A program made the position numbers and the translations under genes. From Eledone cirrhosa (Eukaryota): a DNA stretch of 64,000 nt. This document shows, one piece after another, positions 13,234 to 27,502 of this stretch (the first letter of the stretch is position 1; the number at the start of each line of letters is the position of its first letter). The DNA is taken from positions 108,686,001 through 108,750,000 of the forward strand of contig OZ024744.1 of assembly GCA_964016885.1 (NCBI GenBank), read 5' to 3'. The notes under the pieces were generated by a model that made no database searches, was not told the origin of the DNA, and saw nothing but the letters and a program-made list of their open reading frames with translations.

Positions 13234-13476
13234 CTAAGGCGGGTAAAATTCCCGAGATCCATGGACGAGTTCTCTCCAACGGTCTCTGTCCCTCATTATC
13301 GCTGTCATGTCCTGCGTCTCAAACAGACCAGTGTCTGTCCTGAGGGCATCAACATACGTTAACCTTGGTCTTCCACTTCTAGTGTGTCCATGTAGGGGCT
13401 CCCAAAGGAGCACTGAGTGCAATGTCAACTCTGGATGTCGCTGAGCATGTCCAGCTAACCTCAGTCTCCTCTGTGT
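13234..13476 (-). mobile_element. 3' end of an RTE-like LINE
   Basis: [10 protein letters not shown]...LLWEP.HG...GRP...YVD.L..DTG; near-identical copy at 15818-16058. Confidence 0.8.
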
Positions 13477-13489
13477 CACTTTTGAGCTG

Positions 13490-13679
<190 letters not shown>

Positions 13680-13711
13680 ATAAACGTGCTGCGTGGTTGC
13701 AAATGGGTTAC

Positions 13712-14054
13712 ATATGAATAAAGTGGTCCTTCATCAGTGATCTTCCAACCATCATCGGTATTTCTTCGCTTTAAAGACCATATACCTCCGGTTGGTGCGA
13801 GCAACGGCTAAAGAAAGTCGTTGGGACACGTAAATAAAGGGAACAGCGAGAGTGTAAACAAAAAAAGATGGTGAAGCAACTTTTCGTTGCTTCACCATCT
13901 TTGTTTGTTTACACTCTCGCTGTTCCCTTTATTTACGTGTCCCAACGACTTTCTTTAGCCGTTGCTCGCACCAACCGGAGGTATATGGTCTTTAAAGCGA
14001 AGAAATACCGATGATGGTTGGAAGATCACTGATGAAGGACCACTTTATTCATAT
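13712..14054. repeat. Near-perfect ~170-bp-arm palindrome (loop TTTTC 13881-13885) embedded in (TA)n
   Basis: Arms are reverse complements; each carries CTGATGA near its outer end. Confidence 0.92.
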
Positions 14055-14065
14055 ATATATATATT

Positions 14066-14175
14066 TAGGAACAAGTATGACCCCGACGGCAGAGCTCAAA
14101 CCGTTTCGACGGCTAATTGTGGACTAATTAGTAGTCCAGAATTGAGCTCTGCCGTCGGGGTCATACTTGTTCCTA
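14066..14175. repeat. 34-bp perfect inverted repeat with a 42-bp spacer
   Basis: TAGGAACAAGTATGACCCCGACGGCAGAGCTCAA / its reverse complement at 14142-14175. Confidence 0.9.
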
Positions 14176-14252
14176 TTACCCACTCTACTACCCTAAGTAT
14201 TGAGTACTTTGGTGCCTTATGGTCCATCTGGCTCCTTACCACATTTCCTTCG

Positions 14253-14302
<50 letters not shown>

Positions 14303-14319
14303 ACTGTTGTGTTACTACT

Positions 14320-14435
<116 letters not shown>

Positions 14436-14624
14436 AGTAGTAACACAACAGTTACTTCACTATATCGAGAACAATTGTTGTTTCCCAGTGAAGTAACTGT
14501 TGTGTTACCAATTCTACCAAACTCGTCACATGGACTGAGTGCTCTACCACTACGGATATTACCTTCCAGTGTTCTACCTCTATCTCTCGCTCTCTTTCTC
14601 TCTCTCTCTCTCACTATATATATA

Positions 14625-14840
14625 TGCGTGTTGCTGAGTGCTTAGAGAATTGGATTCGCAATCGTAAGGTTGTGAGTTCGATTCCTGGACCAGACGATGC
14701 GTTATGTCCTTGAGCAAGACACTTTATTTCACGTTGCTCCTTCTACCTGGAGTTGCGACCGATAGATAGTATTAGCAATTGGAAAGACCAACGGAAACAT
14801 TGTTCCCTCGGTCCGATTTGACGAAAGTCGATCGTTCCTA
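14625..14840 (+). mobile_element. tRNA-derived CORE-like SINE
   Basis: Homolog of 7621-7835; flanked by TA repeats. Confidence 0.75.
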
Positions 14841-15193
14841 TATATGAACATAAGGGAATATTGTTAGAACAATCCCATGTAAACCATGTACAGTCTAATC
14901 CATAATAAAGGCTGTTCTGGAATAAATATAAAACTATTTCGATGCTATCATACTAGAGAATGTATTAGAACGATCCTGTGCCCTCTTTTTGTCTTTTCAA
15001 TGGTGAAAAAATCCGATTCAAACTCCACCAAGTGCATATATAACTGGCCTAATATAGCTGTTTTGGAAAGAAAACAAAAACGATTTACTGTTATAAAAGT
15101 TAGCTGCTTTGCGGATGTGAACAATTCTTTAAATATCAGGGAGAATGATAATATTTATGGGTGACTGCCACCCAACCTACAGCTTCACTACCC

Positions 15194-15267
<74 letters not shown>

Positions 15268-15817
15268 GGGAGGGGGGAGGGGGAGAGATTTGTACCCATA
15301 ATCGTTGGCACGCTTCGCTATGTGAAATTCCAACGCTGAAGCTTTCTTTCACCAATCCCTTCTTTATAGGAGCAAGTCAAGGAAAGAAATGAGCATACTT
15401 CTAACAGGCGTAATTTTCCTTTGTTTATATGTATTTGTACTTAAATGTATGTATTGTGTGTTTGTGTTTGTATTTGTGTGCGTGTTGGCGTGTGTATTTG
15501 TGTTTATGTGTGAGTGCGTACATGTGTGTGTAAATGTGTGTGAGTGTATGTATGTATGCATGTATGTATGTATGTATGTATGTATGTATGTATGTATGTA
15601 TGTATGTGTGCATATAGAAGAATCCCATTGTCTTAGGAATTTCTAACTGCGCAGTCTCACACTTGCAGCCCAGTTAGAGACTGGCAAGTATAGAATAGGT
15701 TTATTAATAGAGAGGTGTATTGATGGTAGAGTACCAGCGGTAGAGTCATTACTTCTTAAAGTGAAGGGACGGATGATTTGGCGTAGAACAATTCCAAAAT
15801 GGATTAGATATTTATAT

Positions 15818-16058
15818 CTAAGGCGGGTAAAATTCCCGAGATTCATGGACGAGTTCTCTCCAGCGGTCTCTGTCCCTCATTATCGCTGCCATGTCCTGCG
15901 TCTCCAACAGACCAGTGTCTGTCCTTAGGGCATCAACATACGTTAACCCTGGTCTTCCTCTTCTAGTGTGTCCATGTAGGGGCTCCCAAAGGAGCACTGA
16001 GTGCAATGTCAACTCTGGATGTCGGTGAGTATGTCCAGCTAACCTCAGTCTCCTCTTT
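15818..16058 (-). mobile_element. 3' end of an RTE-like LINE (second copy)
   Basis: Homologous to 13234-13476. Confidence 0.8.
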
Positions 16059-16529
16059 GAGATTAGATATAAGATAAGTTTATCTCTGATATCTCCTACT
16101 TGTCCAAAGAAGTTCATTTCGCAATCATAGGGGTCTGGGTTCAATCTTACTGAGCCGCATTTTGGGCAACTCTCATTTATCATAGCCCCGATATTTGAAT
16201 GTAGAACGAGAAGATGCGAGAAAAACCGCAATAAATTTGTTTGACTCTTCAGTGATTTGGCCGCTTATTGGTGATAAGTTAAAGCACAATCATTCGAGTA
16301 ATGTTATTTCTGAAATATTGGTATATCGGAGCTCAATCTGCGGCTGTACTCTGAGTCCGTGTCTCAGTATTTTAGAACATTACATTATCCTAACAAAATG
16401 CACCCTTCCCCAAGTTATGCGTTTCACTTTCCCAAATAAAATTAATTTAAATTTAGACTGACCACAGATCATATTGAGAAATTTGTAAAGAAATATCGAA
16501 TAGACAGAATAAAGACAGAGAAAAAGAGG

Positions 16530-16553
16530 AGAAAGAAAGAAGGAAGGAAAGTT

Positions 16554-16648
<95 letters not shown>

Positions 16649-16664
16649 AGGAAAGTAAGAATGA

Positions 16665-16700
<36 letters not shown>

Positions 16701-16708
16701 GAGAAATA

Positions 16709-16741
<33 letters not shown>

Positions 16742-16930
16742 AAACAGAAAAGAATGAAAAGAATGAAAAGATAGATGTAAGGAGAGAGAAATAAAGAAAA
16801 AGATGAAGGGGAAACAAGAAAAAGAAAAAGAAAAAGAAAAAGAAAAAGAAAAAGAAAAAGAAAAAGAAAAAGAAAAAGAAAAAGAAAAAGAAAAAGAAAA
16901 AGAAAAAGAAAAAGAAAAAGAAAAAGAAAA
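16530..16930. repeat. (AAAG)n and (AAAAAG)n purine microsatellites
   Basis: Direct reading. Confidence 0.95.
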
Positions 16931-17052
16931 TAAAGGAAGAATTCGAACTCACGACACTCAGGTTCGTGACAGTTTCTTATATTTTCTGCCATTTCGGTAC
17001 AGAAACCCGACTATATAGTTCAGCACCATTTTTTTTTTTCACCGCATTTGAA

Positions 17053-17170
17053 CAGTCTGAGTTCAAATCCCGCCGAGGTTAAACTTTGCCTTTCATCCTT
17101 ACGGGGGTCGATAAAATAAAGTACCAGTAATACATTGGGATAATTGCTGGCTTTGTGCCAAAAGTATTAT
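17053..17170 (+). mobile_element. Nin-like SINE, 5'-truncated
   Basis: Same core as 8152-8338. Confidence 0.85.
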
Positions 17171-17351
17171 TTTTTTACCGATCCCAGTCATTAGATCGCG
17201 TTCATCATCATCGATCTCTTTTTATCGAATCGCTAGGTTGCAGGTCATAAACACAGACACAAACGTAAACCGAGTCACAAGAACGCAGCTTTGAAGATAT
17301 TGCGACATGAAAATGCATTGATCCTCTCCTACGAAAGAGTGCAACAAATAA

Positions 17352-17538
17352 CTGTTTCTACTTTTGGCACAAGGCCAGCAAATTACCCAGTCAATTACTG
17401 GTACTTTATTTTATCGACCTCGTAAGGATGAAAGGCAAAGTTAACCTCGGCGGGATTTGAACTTAGAATGGCAAGGGCCGTAACTCTATGCGTCAAAGCA
17501 TGACGTCCGATCCTCTAACGATACTGCCAATCCACTGC
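17352..17538 (-). mobile_element. Nin-like SINE
   Basis: Same core, reverse strand. Confidence 0.85.
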
Positions 17539-18007
17539 CAAAGTGTGCAACAAATAACGCCAGCCAGCTGCATTTGACTGCTATTTCCGTGATCAGCGAT
17601 AATGGTTAATCGTTACCCCGCCCGCCACCACCTCTACGAGAAGATACAGCAATATTCTTGTCCGTGGATGGTAGCAATTGATATTGTTTGACCCTTCTGA
17701 GGCCCCAACACCTGAAATTAAAACTTTATTTCAAAATATTTATATTTACCAACAGAAAAACCACCCTTCGCGTGGTTTTCTGCTAGCATGTGTAGGTGTG
17801 TATATTGATATTATATACGCAGGTATATATACATGTAGATATGACACATCAAATAAAATCGTAATTGACAATATATAATACATAGAAATTGAACGAAGAC
17901 TGCGTTACACTGTCTTATTTAATCAGTAACGTAATCCATGATACATTAAAAAAGACGATATCTAATAATAGTACAGGACGATACAAAGATGAAAGAATGG
18001 TATTTAA

Positions 18008-20372
18008 CTAATGTATTGGTACGCGATGGGGCCCACCCACAGCTCCGGCGGACAGAATGGAGAAGGCGTTGCCCCGGAGGAAGGCAAGGGAGACGCGCTG
18101 GAAAAGCCACTCCAACTCGCGGGGCTCACACCTGCGGCTGGCCAGCTCAGCGCCTATGGTGGTGAGTAAGGAGATAGCCCTGGCGCCGAGGACACCAGAA
18201 GTTTCCACTGCCAGGGGAACGACCGCAAACCTGTCGGAGAGCGACCGGTATTTGAGGAATTTGGCCCCCTCAGCCCGACGTGCAGCACAACCTGGGTCAG
18301 TCGCAGACTGCACCAGGTTGCGGCTGCAGTAAGTGTCGGTGCAAGTGGCATCCCAGACGAGGGGTTTGCCACCGCGGAATGGGAAGATGGTTATGCCATC
18401 TGGCCTTTTACCGTCCCCTCGATCCATCCCCACCGGCTCGAGCTGGGAAGGGAAGCCTGCAGCGTCCAAGCCATGCTTAATGACCTCGTTGAGGGCAGTA
18501 TAGCCTGAAATGCGGCCGGCACTGTGGCGACAAGAAAGCGGGTGAAGGCCGAAAGAGTCCACGGTGGAACCGCAGCGACATTGGTGTGGCTAGCAGATCC
18601 GGAGGCCGAGCCTCAGGGAAACGCCGATTCGCAGGCTATGGTTGTCTAGCTGCGTGCCAGTGGAGAAGGAGGGCAGAACATTGAGCCAGGTACCACTGTG
18701 GGGTTTGGAGGCCGCACGAAAACAAGCAAGGCGGTGCTGGTCGAGCTGGCGTGTGAGCCTGTCTGAGGCCAGGCTGCACTGGATGGCATCCCAAGTGCGT
18801 TGGGGGGACTTGACGTCAACAGGGGGAGAAGGAGGAGGGACGTCTACTGGGCTAAGTCCCAGCCGGTCCCACGTCTCACAGGTGGCCTCACGTTCTCTGA
18901 ACACAGAGGGTTCTGTTGTGTTTTGAAGAACCCTGCTGACGAGGACGCGGCACGAGGTTACCGACGAAAGATACGCCGGCAAAGCTAGTGAGATCGGGGA
19001 CCGGAGGCCTAGGCCGCCATACTTGACCGGTAAAGTGGCCTGTTGCCACCCTATGTCGTCAAACTTGACGTTGCATATCCCCTCGGCTGCTGCTCGGATA
19101 CAAGTATCGAGGTCAGCGAGGAGAGATATCTGGGCGTAGCATGGAGCGCTGCGGAGTGTATAGAGGAGCTTCGGCATGGCGAAGCAGTTCCTCAGCAGAA
19201 AGAGAGTTGGGTGGCCGTCAATCAAGCCCAGTCGGCTCGTGAGAGTCTGGAGCTGTGGAAGCCTGGACCTGATGGTGGAGCGGATGGCCGGCGGGTGGAT
19301 CGGTGACCCGAAGATGAGGACATCCTCTTTGGGGTCACCTGAACCTGGCGGAGAATGGACCGCACGTCCAAGACGGATGCTGCAAAGCTCGCAGCATCGA
19401 GGCTGACGTTCACCACCTCCGACTTGGCCGAGTTGACCTGGAGGCCGATTCCCGCTAGGGCAGGAATCACCGATTGAAGGTCTTGGCAGACCGTCCGTAC
19501 GGGCCCGCCCAACGTAGCATCATCCAGATACCAAACGTTGAGAAGAACCGTGATACTCCGGGCGATATGGTCAATACCAAGGGCGAACAGGAGGGGTCCC
19601 AAAGGGTCGCCCTGTTGGACCCCAGTAGCATGCTCGGAGCATGCTCGGGGCTCCATATGACAGGTAGGCCAGCGGGTAGGCAGAGGGGGCTCGGCTGAGG
19701 CAGGCCTCGAGCAGATGATCCCGGCGTAATGAGTTAAAGGCATTCCTCATGTCAAGCTTGACAATGAGGTGCCTGGAGTCCCTGGATGCCGGTACCGATG
19801 GGCAGCTGCTGAAGAACTGCCTGATTGCATGACAGGCTCCCTCACAGCCACCGGACACGCCGACACCCAGTTGCACCGGACTAAACTCCTCACCCAGTTC
19901 GTGTGTGACAGACTTGCAGATCACCTTGGCAGCCAGCCTCCAGAAGACATTGCCCACAGCAATGGGGCGTATGCCACCCTCTTTCTTCCTGAGAACGGTG
20001 AGGTTGGCCGAAAAAAAGAGGCCTCGGGCGTAAGGGTCGAGGGCACCATGAATGAGCCTATTGGTGAGCGCCACAATTGCACTCAGAAGGCGGCGCCCGG
20101 CCTCAGTGGAGAGGGGGGTGTCAACTCCTTGAGGTGGTCTGGTCGGAGACCATCAACACCTCCCCAGCTGCTAGCTGGGAAGGACCTGATGGCGGACATG
20201 ATATCTGCATCAGTAGCCACAAGGAGCAGGTGGGGGTCGGGTGGGGATATGGGTCTGAGATCAGTGGGTGGCTCAAGGTGTTTGAGCCGCAGAGCAGCCA
20301 GGTTTTCTCCGTTGGTTGGAGGACAGTGTCCTCTGAGGCAACAACTCTGACTGCGGCCGAGACATCACCCAT
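18008..20372 (-). mobile_element. CRE-clade non-LTR retrotransposon (RT + zinc knuckle + restriction-like endonuclease), frameshifted, 5'-truncated
   Basis: GGIRPIAVG, KLDMRNAFN, GVQQGDPLGPLLF, WYLDD, CRC..H.LSC, EP.G..RGDGKRPDG...LVWDATCTDT. Confidence 0.85.
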
Positions 20373-20916
20373 GATAAGCTTTGCGTTTACTATATTTGTG
20401 AAATGGGCGGTGGTTGAAATTCAAATGTGCACGGTTAAATGGTAGTAGACGTGGTCGGACTGACATGAAAATTTACACACCTATGTAAAAAGTGCCAAGG
20501 AAGCAAATAGACGAGGTTTCAAATCTCTAACTTGAAAAATGTGGTCCCTGGGGCCCCAAAACTATAGCGTTCGGTGAGTTATTTCCCCCTGTTCTAATAC
20601 TTTTGTCTTATTTACAATTTCATACAAATAAAGCAGTAAAATCCCGTAGTAAGACCTAAAAAAATGGTTAGATACACCATGACGCACCGTGCATCACGGT
20701 GGAGTTGAAAAGCAGACTCAGAACATGGCGTTGTGTGGGGGTGGTTCGCAGCCCAATGTTCCAGGGCGGTCAAAAGAAGAAGAAGATGAAGAAGACGAAG
20801 AAGATGTGAGCTGGAGTCCTATCAAATATGTAGGTTGTGTCTTAAATTGAAGGTTTAGTAGAAACAATTCATGTATAGTTTTGTACTTTTCTTTTTGTCA
20901 TTCATATATAAACAAA

Positions 20917-21981
20917 TCTACTATATAAATTGGAAGTGGTCGGATGTTGTATACGTAGGTGTAGTCGGATAAACGTCGAAACGGCTTGGTGGAATGCAGC
21001 GAAAATTTACACAGTTATGCAGAATGACCCGAGGAGGCGTTGGGTCGACTTTCAAGCTACAAGCTTCCATGGTTACAGAGAAAATCGATGAAACAGGAAT
21101 TTCCCATTCAAATTGAACTGAGAGTAATCTGTGAACGCAGAAGTAAATATTTCGAGAAACGTTGCAACCGAACGAAAACAGGAAGACGATATTTTCGTTC
21201 GTGAAGACGTTCCCTGACAATGAACGGGAAAAAAGCGAGGATAATACGTCGTTATGTGGTGCGTGAACAACAATTTCATGCAAAGACAAGACCAAGTTTA
21301 TGGTATAAATGGAGTCGTTATACTAATATTCTATTTAAAATAACATAATGATTTCCAGCCCCGGAGTTTAAAAATGATGTAAATAAAATTGAAAACGAAA
21401 ATGACAGAGGTTATTAAAATAGTAAAAGTAAATAGTGAAGATTTAGGCCAGTACATACGTATGCCCCGACGGACATACACATACATACGCACACACAAAT
21501 ACATACCCCCCCCCCCCCCCACATACACACACACGAACGCGCGTATGTATAAACCTTATGCATTTCTACAGTATTTTCACCAAACTTAAGACATAGGTTA
21601 CTTATGATGGTTATGGGCACTGTAATTTTTCCAGATATTGATTATAGGGCCCCCCGGCAGATAACCCCTTTAACCACTTTAACCACTTCCTTGGAGTCGA
21701 CTGAAGCACTGCAGGGCAATGCAACAAAACGTCATAACTTCTGGAGTTCGCAACCGATTTTCATAAAACTTGACACATGGGCTACGTTTGTCCTACAAAT
21801 GAATGTGAACTCTCAGAATTGGCACATATTGGGTAGGGGACCCCTGGGGGCAGGAACTCCCTTTTGGAAAAAGCCGATGATTTTGTAAAAGTATAGTTTT
21901 CGAAGCAGCACTGAACTATTGACATAAATGGTATACACAACTGCTATTTAATATCCGAGCAACGCCGGGTACCTCTGCTAG
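20917..21981 (+). mobile_element. Non-autonomous Helitron
   Basis: A|TCTACTATATAAA 5' end; subterminal hairpin TCCGAGCAACGCCGGG; CTAG|T 3' end; no TSD. Confidence 0.7.
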
Positions 21982-22151
21982 TTATATATAAACTGCATTA
22001 GGAGAAAATTTATATGTTTATTTAAGCGATGGCCAACCGGAAGTGTTGACATTTCAGAAATTTTAAAGAAGTGAATCTTTAAATAAACAAAATATATTTA
22101 ATGGATAGCCACGAAATTTAGTAGATAAATTATATAATATTCATTCATTAT

Positions 22152-22335
22152 TTGGCAGTATCGGTAGAGGGTCTGACGCCATGTTTTGCAGCAAAGTGTT
22201 ACGGCCCTTTATGGTCTGAGTTCAAATCCCGCCGAGGTTAACTTTGCCTTTCATCCTTACGGAGTCGATAAAATAAAGTACCAGTAATACACTGTGAATA
22301 ATTGCTGGCCTTGTGCCAAAAGTAGAAACAATTAT
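22152..22335 (+). mobile_element. Nin-like SINE
   Basis: TGGCAGTATCGG A-box, B-box, core, TTA tail. Confidence 0.85.
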
Positions 22336-22632
22336 TTATTCAAAGTAATCCAACTTATTTTACAAACGCGATAAAAAAAATAAACCGTACGCAAACCCGC
22401 AGACCTTCCTTTATTATAGTTTATATTTACAAACGTTCCATCATAATTTTATGTAAGAAACTTTATATTCCAAACACCAGGTTAATGAGAAAGTTAGTTT
22501 ATAATATGAAATCCGACTAAATACTTGCTTATTTTCAAAACTGTTTAAAAACCTTTCAACAATCATCTCGAGTGAGAGCTTCAGATCTTGTTGCTTTTGT
22601 TTTGCTTAGATTTGATTTTAAATTGTCTCCCT

Positions 22633-22634
<2 letters not shown>

Positions 22635-22710
<76 letters not shown>

Positions 22711-22743
22711 CTGCTCTCTCCTGCTCTCTCCATCTCTCTCTCT
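22635..22743. repeat. (CT)n microsatellite
   Basis: Direct reading. Confidence 0.95.
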
Positions 22744-22764
22744 AACCACCTTTAAGTATTATTA

Positions 22765-25203
22765 CAGGGTGACCGTAGCTTTTGTGGGCTTTCTTCCCGA
22801 ATAACCCTCAGTGGTCTCCCTCCTATTGGGGATTGTTCATTTGTTTCTATTTTGTTACATCTTTTGCTTTTGTTTCTCTTTTTACTCACAGAAACCCATA
22901 TTTGTACCGTTCTGTACCGTTCTGTACCGTCCTTAATGTATTTTTGTAAACCCTTTGTGGCCTACCGTGGCTCTCGACGACGGAGACGGAGTGCTGTGAA
23001 GGGCCGATAACTGCTGCTGAGATACACGAGACAATTACTAGCTGCATGAGGGTAAATCGCATGGTTTGGATGGTCTACCCTACGAACTTTGCCAGACTTG
23101 TTCAGCGACCTCTTGGCAGACGGCTGTTACGACTGACAGCAGAACGGGAGAATTCACAGCTTTGTCGAGCGAGCGGTGGCGCTGCTGAGAACGAACCCGA
23201 ACAAGGGGGCCAACATAGATAATTTCAGGCCCATAACTCTGCTAAACGCAGAGTTCAAGATTTTGGCCAAGGTGCTAACAAAGAAGTTGGCGCTTGTCGT
23301 CGGTGGTCTAGTGGGAGGCGCAAACACGCACCATTCTGGATAAATGCATCCACGACAACCTCCACCTCATACGATACATCGTGGAGAGGGTAGCTAAGGA
23401 ACCTGGCATGGATGGGGCCCTGGTCAATTTAGATCCAACGAAAGCATTAGATAGGATCGACCATGAATTGCTGGCGGCGGTCCTGACGGCGGCCGACTTT
23501 GGACCCGTTTTCAGAGGGTGGGTCGCTGCTATGCACAGCGACATCTGCTCTGTGGTGAGAGTGGACGGTCACCTTTCGGAACCGTTCAACATCATGCGCT
23601 CGGTCCGCCAAGGATGTCTCCTCTCGTCCCTGTTGTACGTATTGACTCTCGAGCCATTACTGCACAAACTGGAGATGTTGAGGGAGGTCCCGCGCGAACT
23701 AGGATTTGGGAGAACCGTGTCAGCGTATGAAGACAATATCACCGTAGTGGTGTCGAGTGCCAAACACATCGAGGCGATCGGCACCACACTAAGAGAATAC
23801 GAGGCGGTGACAGAAGCAATGGTAAACTATTCAAAGTCTGTGGGCCTGCAACTCGGCGCCTGGAGAGGCAGGTCCATGCCGTCCAACAGCGTCGTCGGGT
23901 GCTGGACGGACGGACCGGTTAAATTTCTAGGGGTCTGGTTCGGTCCGGATCTCCAGACGGACAAAAGCTGGGACGAGGTGACGAGTAGGGTGGCCTCTCA
24001 TCCAGAAATGGACCGAAAGGAATCTATCACTGAAAGGTCAAGAGGAGGTGGCCAACGCGTACATCGCGTCCGTCATCTACTACCGCCTGGCCGTTGTGCC
24101 TTGTCCTAAGCCTCACCTGACTGCACTGGAGCGTTTGCTCTTTCGCTTTTTGTGGAAGGGACGTACTCCGATGGTCAGGGGTGGTCCATTTGCTGTCAGC
24201 ACCCGCTACGTCGAGGGCTGGGCATACCGTGGCCGATAATGCGCAAACATGCGCTCAGGCTACGGCATCTCCACCTCTTTCTCGACGGTGATCAGGTGTG
24301 GTAGCCCATTGCTAGACGCGTTTTTCCCCAACTCGTCTCCTTGGCCGAGCTGCAGTCCTGGCTCAAGCGAGGCCGAGAGGGAGCGCTTGGAGATTGGAAT
24401 GTCTTCAGGCGCTCACAGCCCTCGACCGATCGGGCAATGCGATCGGTGGAAACTCCACCTTGGCGTTCTATAGAGGGTTAGTGGAGGGAAAGAGCGACGA
24501 CGTACTTGGATAGACTCTGGGCATCGATGATGAAAATCAACTAGCCAATCTCTTCGGGAGACTTTCGGGCCAGGGCACATGGACAACTTCCAGAAATCCC
24601 TGGCCTGGCAGTGCTACCGGGGAGCTTTGCCAGTTCGGGATAAACTCCCCAGGCATGGAAGTACCATCAGCCGGACCTGTCCGAGATGCGCACTGGGTGA
24701 CGAAACCGTCCTGCATGCAATTGTTAAGTGTCCGAGCATTGCTGACTTGTGGGTTTATGTTGAACACCTGGTGTCACGTGTAGGGCGGATCCGGCTATCA
24801 GCTGAGTCCATCGTGAGGATTGCCCCGTCGTCTTCCTTTAGCCGGGAAGGGCAAGCAGTTTTTATCTGTAAAATCAGGGTGGAGGGGGAAGAGCATTTTG
24901 TTGAAAGATGGGTGAGAGAGAGACAAGCATGGCCCGAGTGAATGGGCTTGCTCTGACTATGCGCTTGTAAATTGCAAGTGGAACCTGGGAGAGGGCACTT
25001 TCCCTGGTGGCCATGGCTTTTTTAATGAGCTTTCTCCACGAGTATCACTCAAAAGTCTCCCCTTATTGAGGAATTCTCCTTTGTTTCTTTTTTTGTCATT
25101 TCTTTTGGGTTTTTTTTCCTTTACACGCAGAAATGCCCATTTGTACCCTCCTGTACCGTCCTGGGCTGTCCTGGGTGTCCTTAATGTTATACTTTATGTC
25201 AAC
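22765..25203 (+). mobile_element. L1/Tx1-like LINE copy 1 (RT to 3' UTR), preceded by a 3' UTR fragment of another copy
   Basis: NFRPITLLN, KA.DRIDH, SVRQGC.LS, AYEDN (decayed YADD), CPRC..ET..H...C zinc-binding motif. Confidence 0.85.
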
Positions 25204-25275
25204 CCTCGGGGTCGATAAAATAAAGTACCAGTAATGCACTGGTTGATTGCTGGCCTTGTGCCAAAAGTAGAAACA

Positions 25276-25335
<60 letters not shown>
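25203..25335 (+). mobile_element. Nin-like SINE 3' part with a long (TTA)n tail
   Basis: Core 3' half + (TTA)n. Confidence 0.8.
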
Positions 25336-25868
25336 GGGTCTTTTTGATCGCTCTCGTAAGTTTATTTATTTACCTGTCAAAACTTATTTATTGAATTTTT
25401 TTGTTGTTGTGTAAGGCATACAAGCCCTTGGACTTTGCCCTGTGAAGGGGAAAGTATAATATTTGGGCCATTTGACCCAGATATTTGAACTTTTTTACAT
25501 TTAAAAAAATTATCGAGGAAAAAAAAAACATGGCTGAGTCACGCCCTCCCACTCCCCACCCCCCAGCGATATGGTTGCTGTTGTGCGATAACGACGTGGA
25601 AGTTGAGAGGAGCGCTACGGCGAAATTAACAGAAATTGATTCAACGACCACCACCACAAACAACGTGAACAAAGACACCAATGATAACAACACTGAGAAC
25701 TCTAATTTTGAAAAAAAATGACAGAAACAGCGACAACGAAAATACAGATAACAAAATAAAATGACAACAAATGCAACATCAACACCACTAACATGAAAAC
25801 AAATAGCGACAACACCAACAGCAACAATACCAACTGCACCGAGAACAACGGCGGCACCAAAGACAACA

Positions 25869-26804
25869 ATGATAACAGCGACAGTTATAACAACAACACC
25901 AACAAGAACAACGACAACAACAACAACACACCCTACGATAACAAGAACACTTTCGCTGCGGCAGCAGCAAAAAAAGAGGCCATGCTTCAACTTGGACCTC
26001 TCAAACAAATATGAAAAGTTGGCCCAGGCATGGAAGCTCATCAAGCAAGAGCAAACCTGGGCCAACTTAACTGTCCCAGTAGAAGCTATTGAGGCAGTGG
26101 AGCGCAGAACGGTGCATTATAGATGCATCTCAGCACAAACCAAAAGGGCAGCTTTAATCCCACAAGAAGATGTCGAAGTCGCGCTGAGGTGCAGCAGAGA
26201 AGACACCGAATACATAGAGAGGGGCAGACAGTACAGCACCATTTCGGTGTTGTTCAAGTCAGAAGCCCTCGCTATGAAACACGCTATGACTCCTTGCAAA
26301 ACCAGCAAGGTCATAATGTACCCCTCCCACATGGGAAAAAGAACGGTCCGTCTCCGCATTGCTAGAATCCCACCAGGACTTGACATGTGGTGGCTTCTGG
26401 GATGTGTGATTGTGGAGGGGATGGATACCGCCCCGATAGAAGTGACAAGAACTTTCAGAGAGGACTGGTCCGGAGAATGTGAAGACAATCCCGGACCACA
26501 TCCGCCTTCAGAATGGGACGGCCATTCATATTATGATCGAGGGAAAAAGGCCGCATTGTTTTGTTTGTGGGGAAAAACCTATTTGCGAGCCTTCTGCCCT
26601 CAACTGCTGAAAGATGCAAGGGGTCGAAGGGCTCAACTGCTGCCGACGCTGGGGCGAGGACCACAACCAACACCAGCACCGGCAAAACCACCAGCAACAA
26701 CACCAATAGAAAGACCACCACCAACATTGACCACCCAGGGGGGAAACGAGGAAAGCTGTCAAATCCCCCCCCCCCCTCCAAAAAAAAAATACACACATAA
26801 ATAA
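25869..26804 (+). pseudogene. L1/Tx1 ORF1 remnant
   Basis: Homologous frames at 33970-34400 and 52369-52990; lies upstream of APE. Confidence 0.7.
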
Positions 26805-27502
26805 AAACATAAACATACACACAGACACACTTACAGATACAGACCCTTTATCTACCAGTAGTGAAGATGAGGGAAAACCAAAATCGCCCAAAATACAAAA
26901 AAGGAAACACAAAAAAAACAAAAAAACTCAACAAAGTACAAAATCACCCACAATAAAAAATACAGACACCACCCACGCAAACATCTCCCCAACAACACCA
27001 ACATCAACACCACCATCACCATCACCAGAATCCCCCAAACGCAAACAATCTAAACAGACGCAAGAACAACAAACATCTGAAACCAGACACCGCACTCACA
27101 ACAAACACAGACACAACCGAAACAACACCATCAAAACCACCACCACCACAGCCACGCAAACAAATAAAATCACACCAATGAAACATACAAAACTTCGTGC
27201 TCGTCAGGAGGGCCAACAAGGAACTGATGGCCCTCATAGCACGAAGTGAAGATATACAAAAAGAGGGGGGAATTTTTAAATCGAGCACATTTCGCGTGCC
27301 GGAAGATTTGTTTCTGGTGCGAATGTCGCTCGATTTATACAAAGAGATACGAGACAGCTTTCCTCGGGACGTGGGAAACCCGAACGTAAAACACACTTCA
27401 AGACTTTTAAAGGGGTTCCCAAAAGAAACCTCACCAACTATGGAGGTCGAACCACCCGACCTTCACAAGAACCCTTTCCTCTCTCTCTTTTAGCCAGCCA
27501 AC

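Noticed and set aside
14625-14700. tRNA gene
   Set aside because: tRNA-like head continues into a SINE body; no complete cloverleaf
25388-26065. Minus-strand Val/Leu/Cys-rich 'membrane protein' ORFs (also 33275-34032 and 51982-52574)
   Set aside because: Antisense of the ACA-rich LINE ORF1 region
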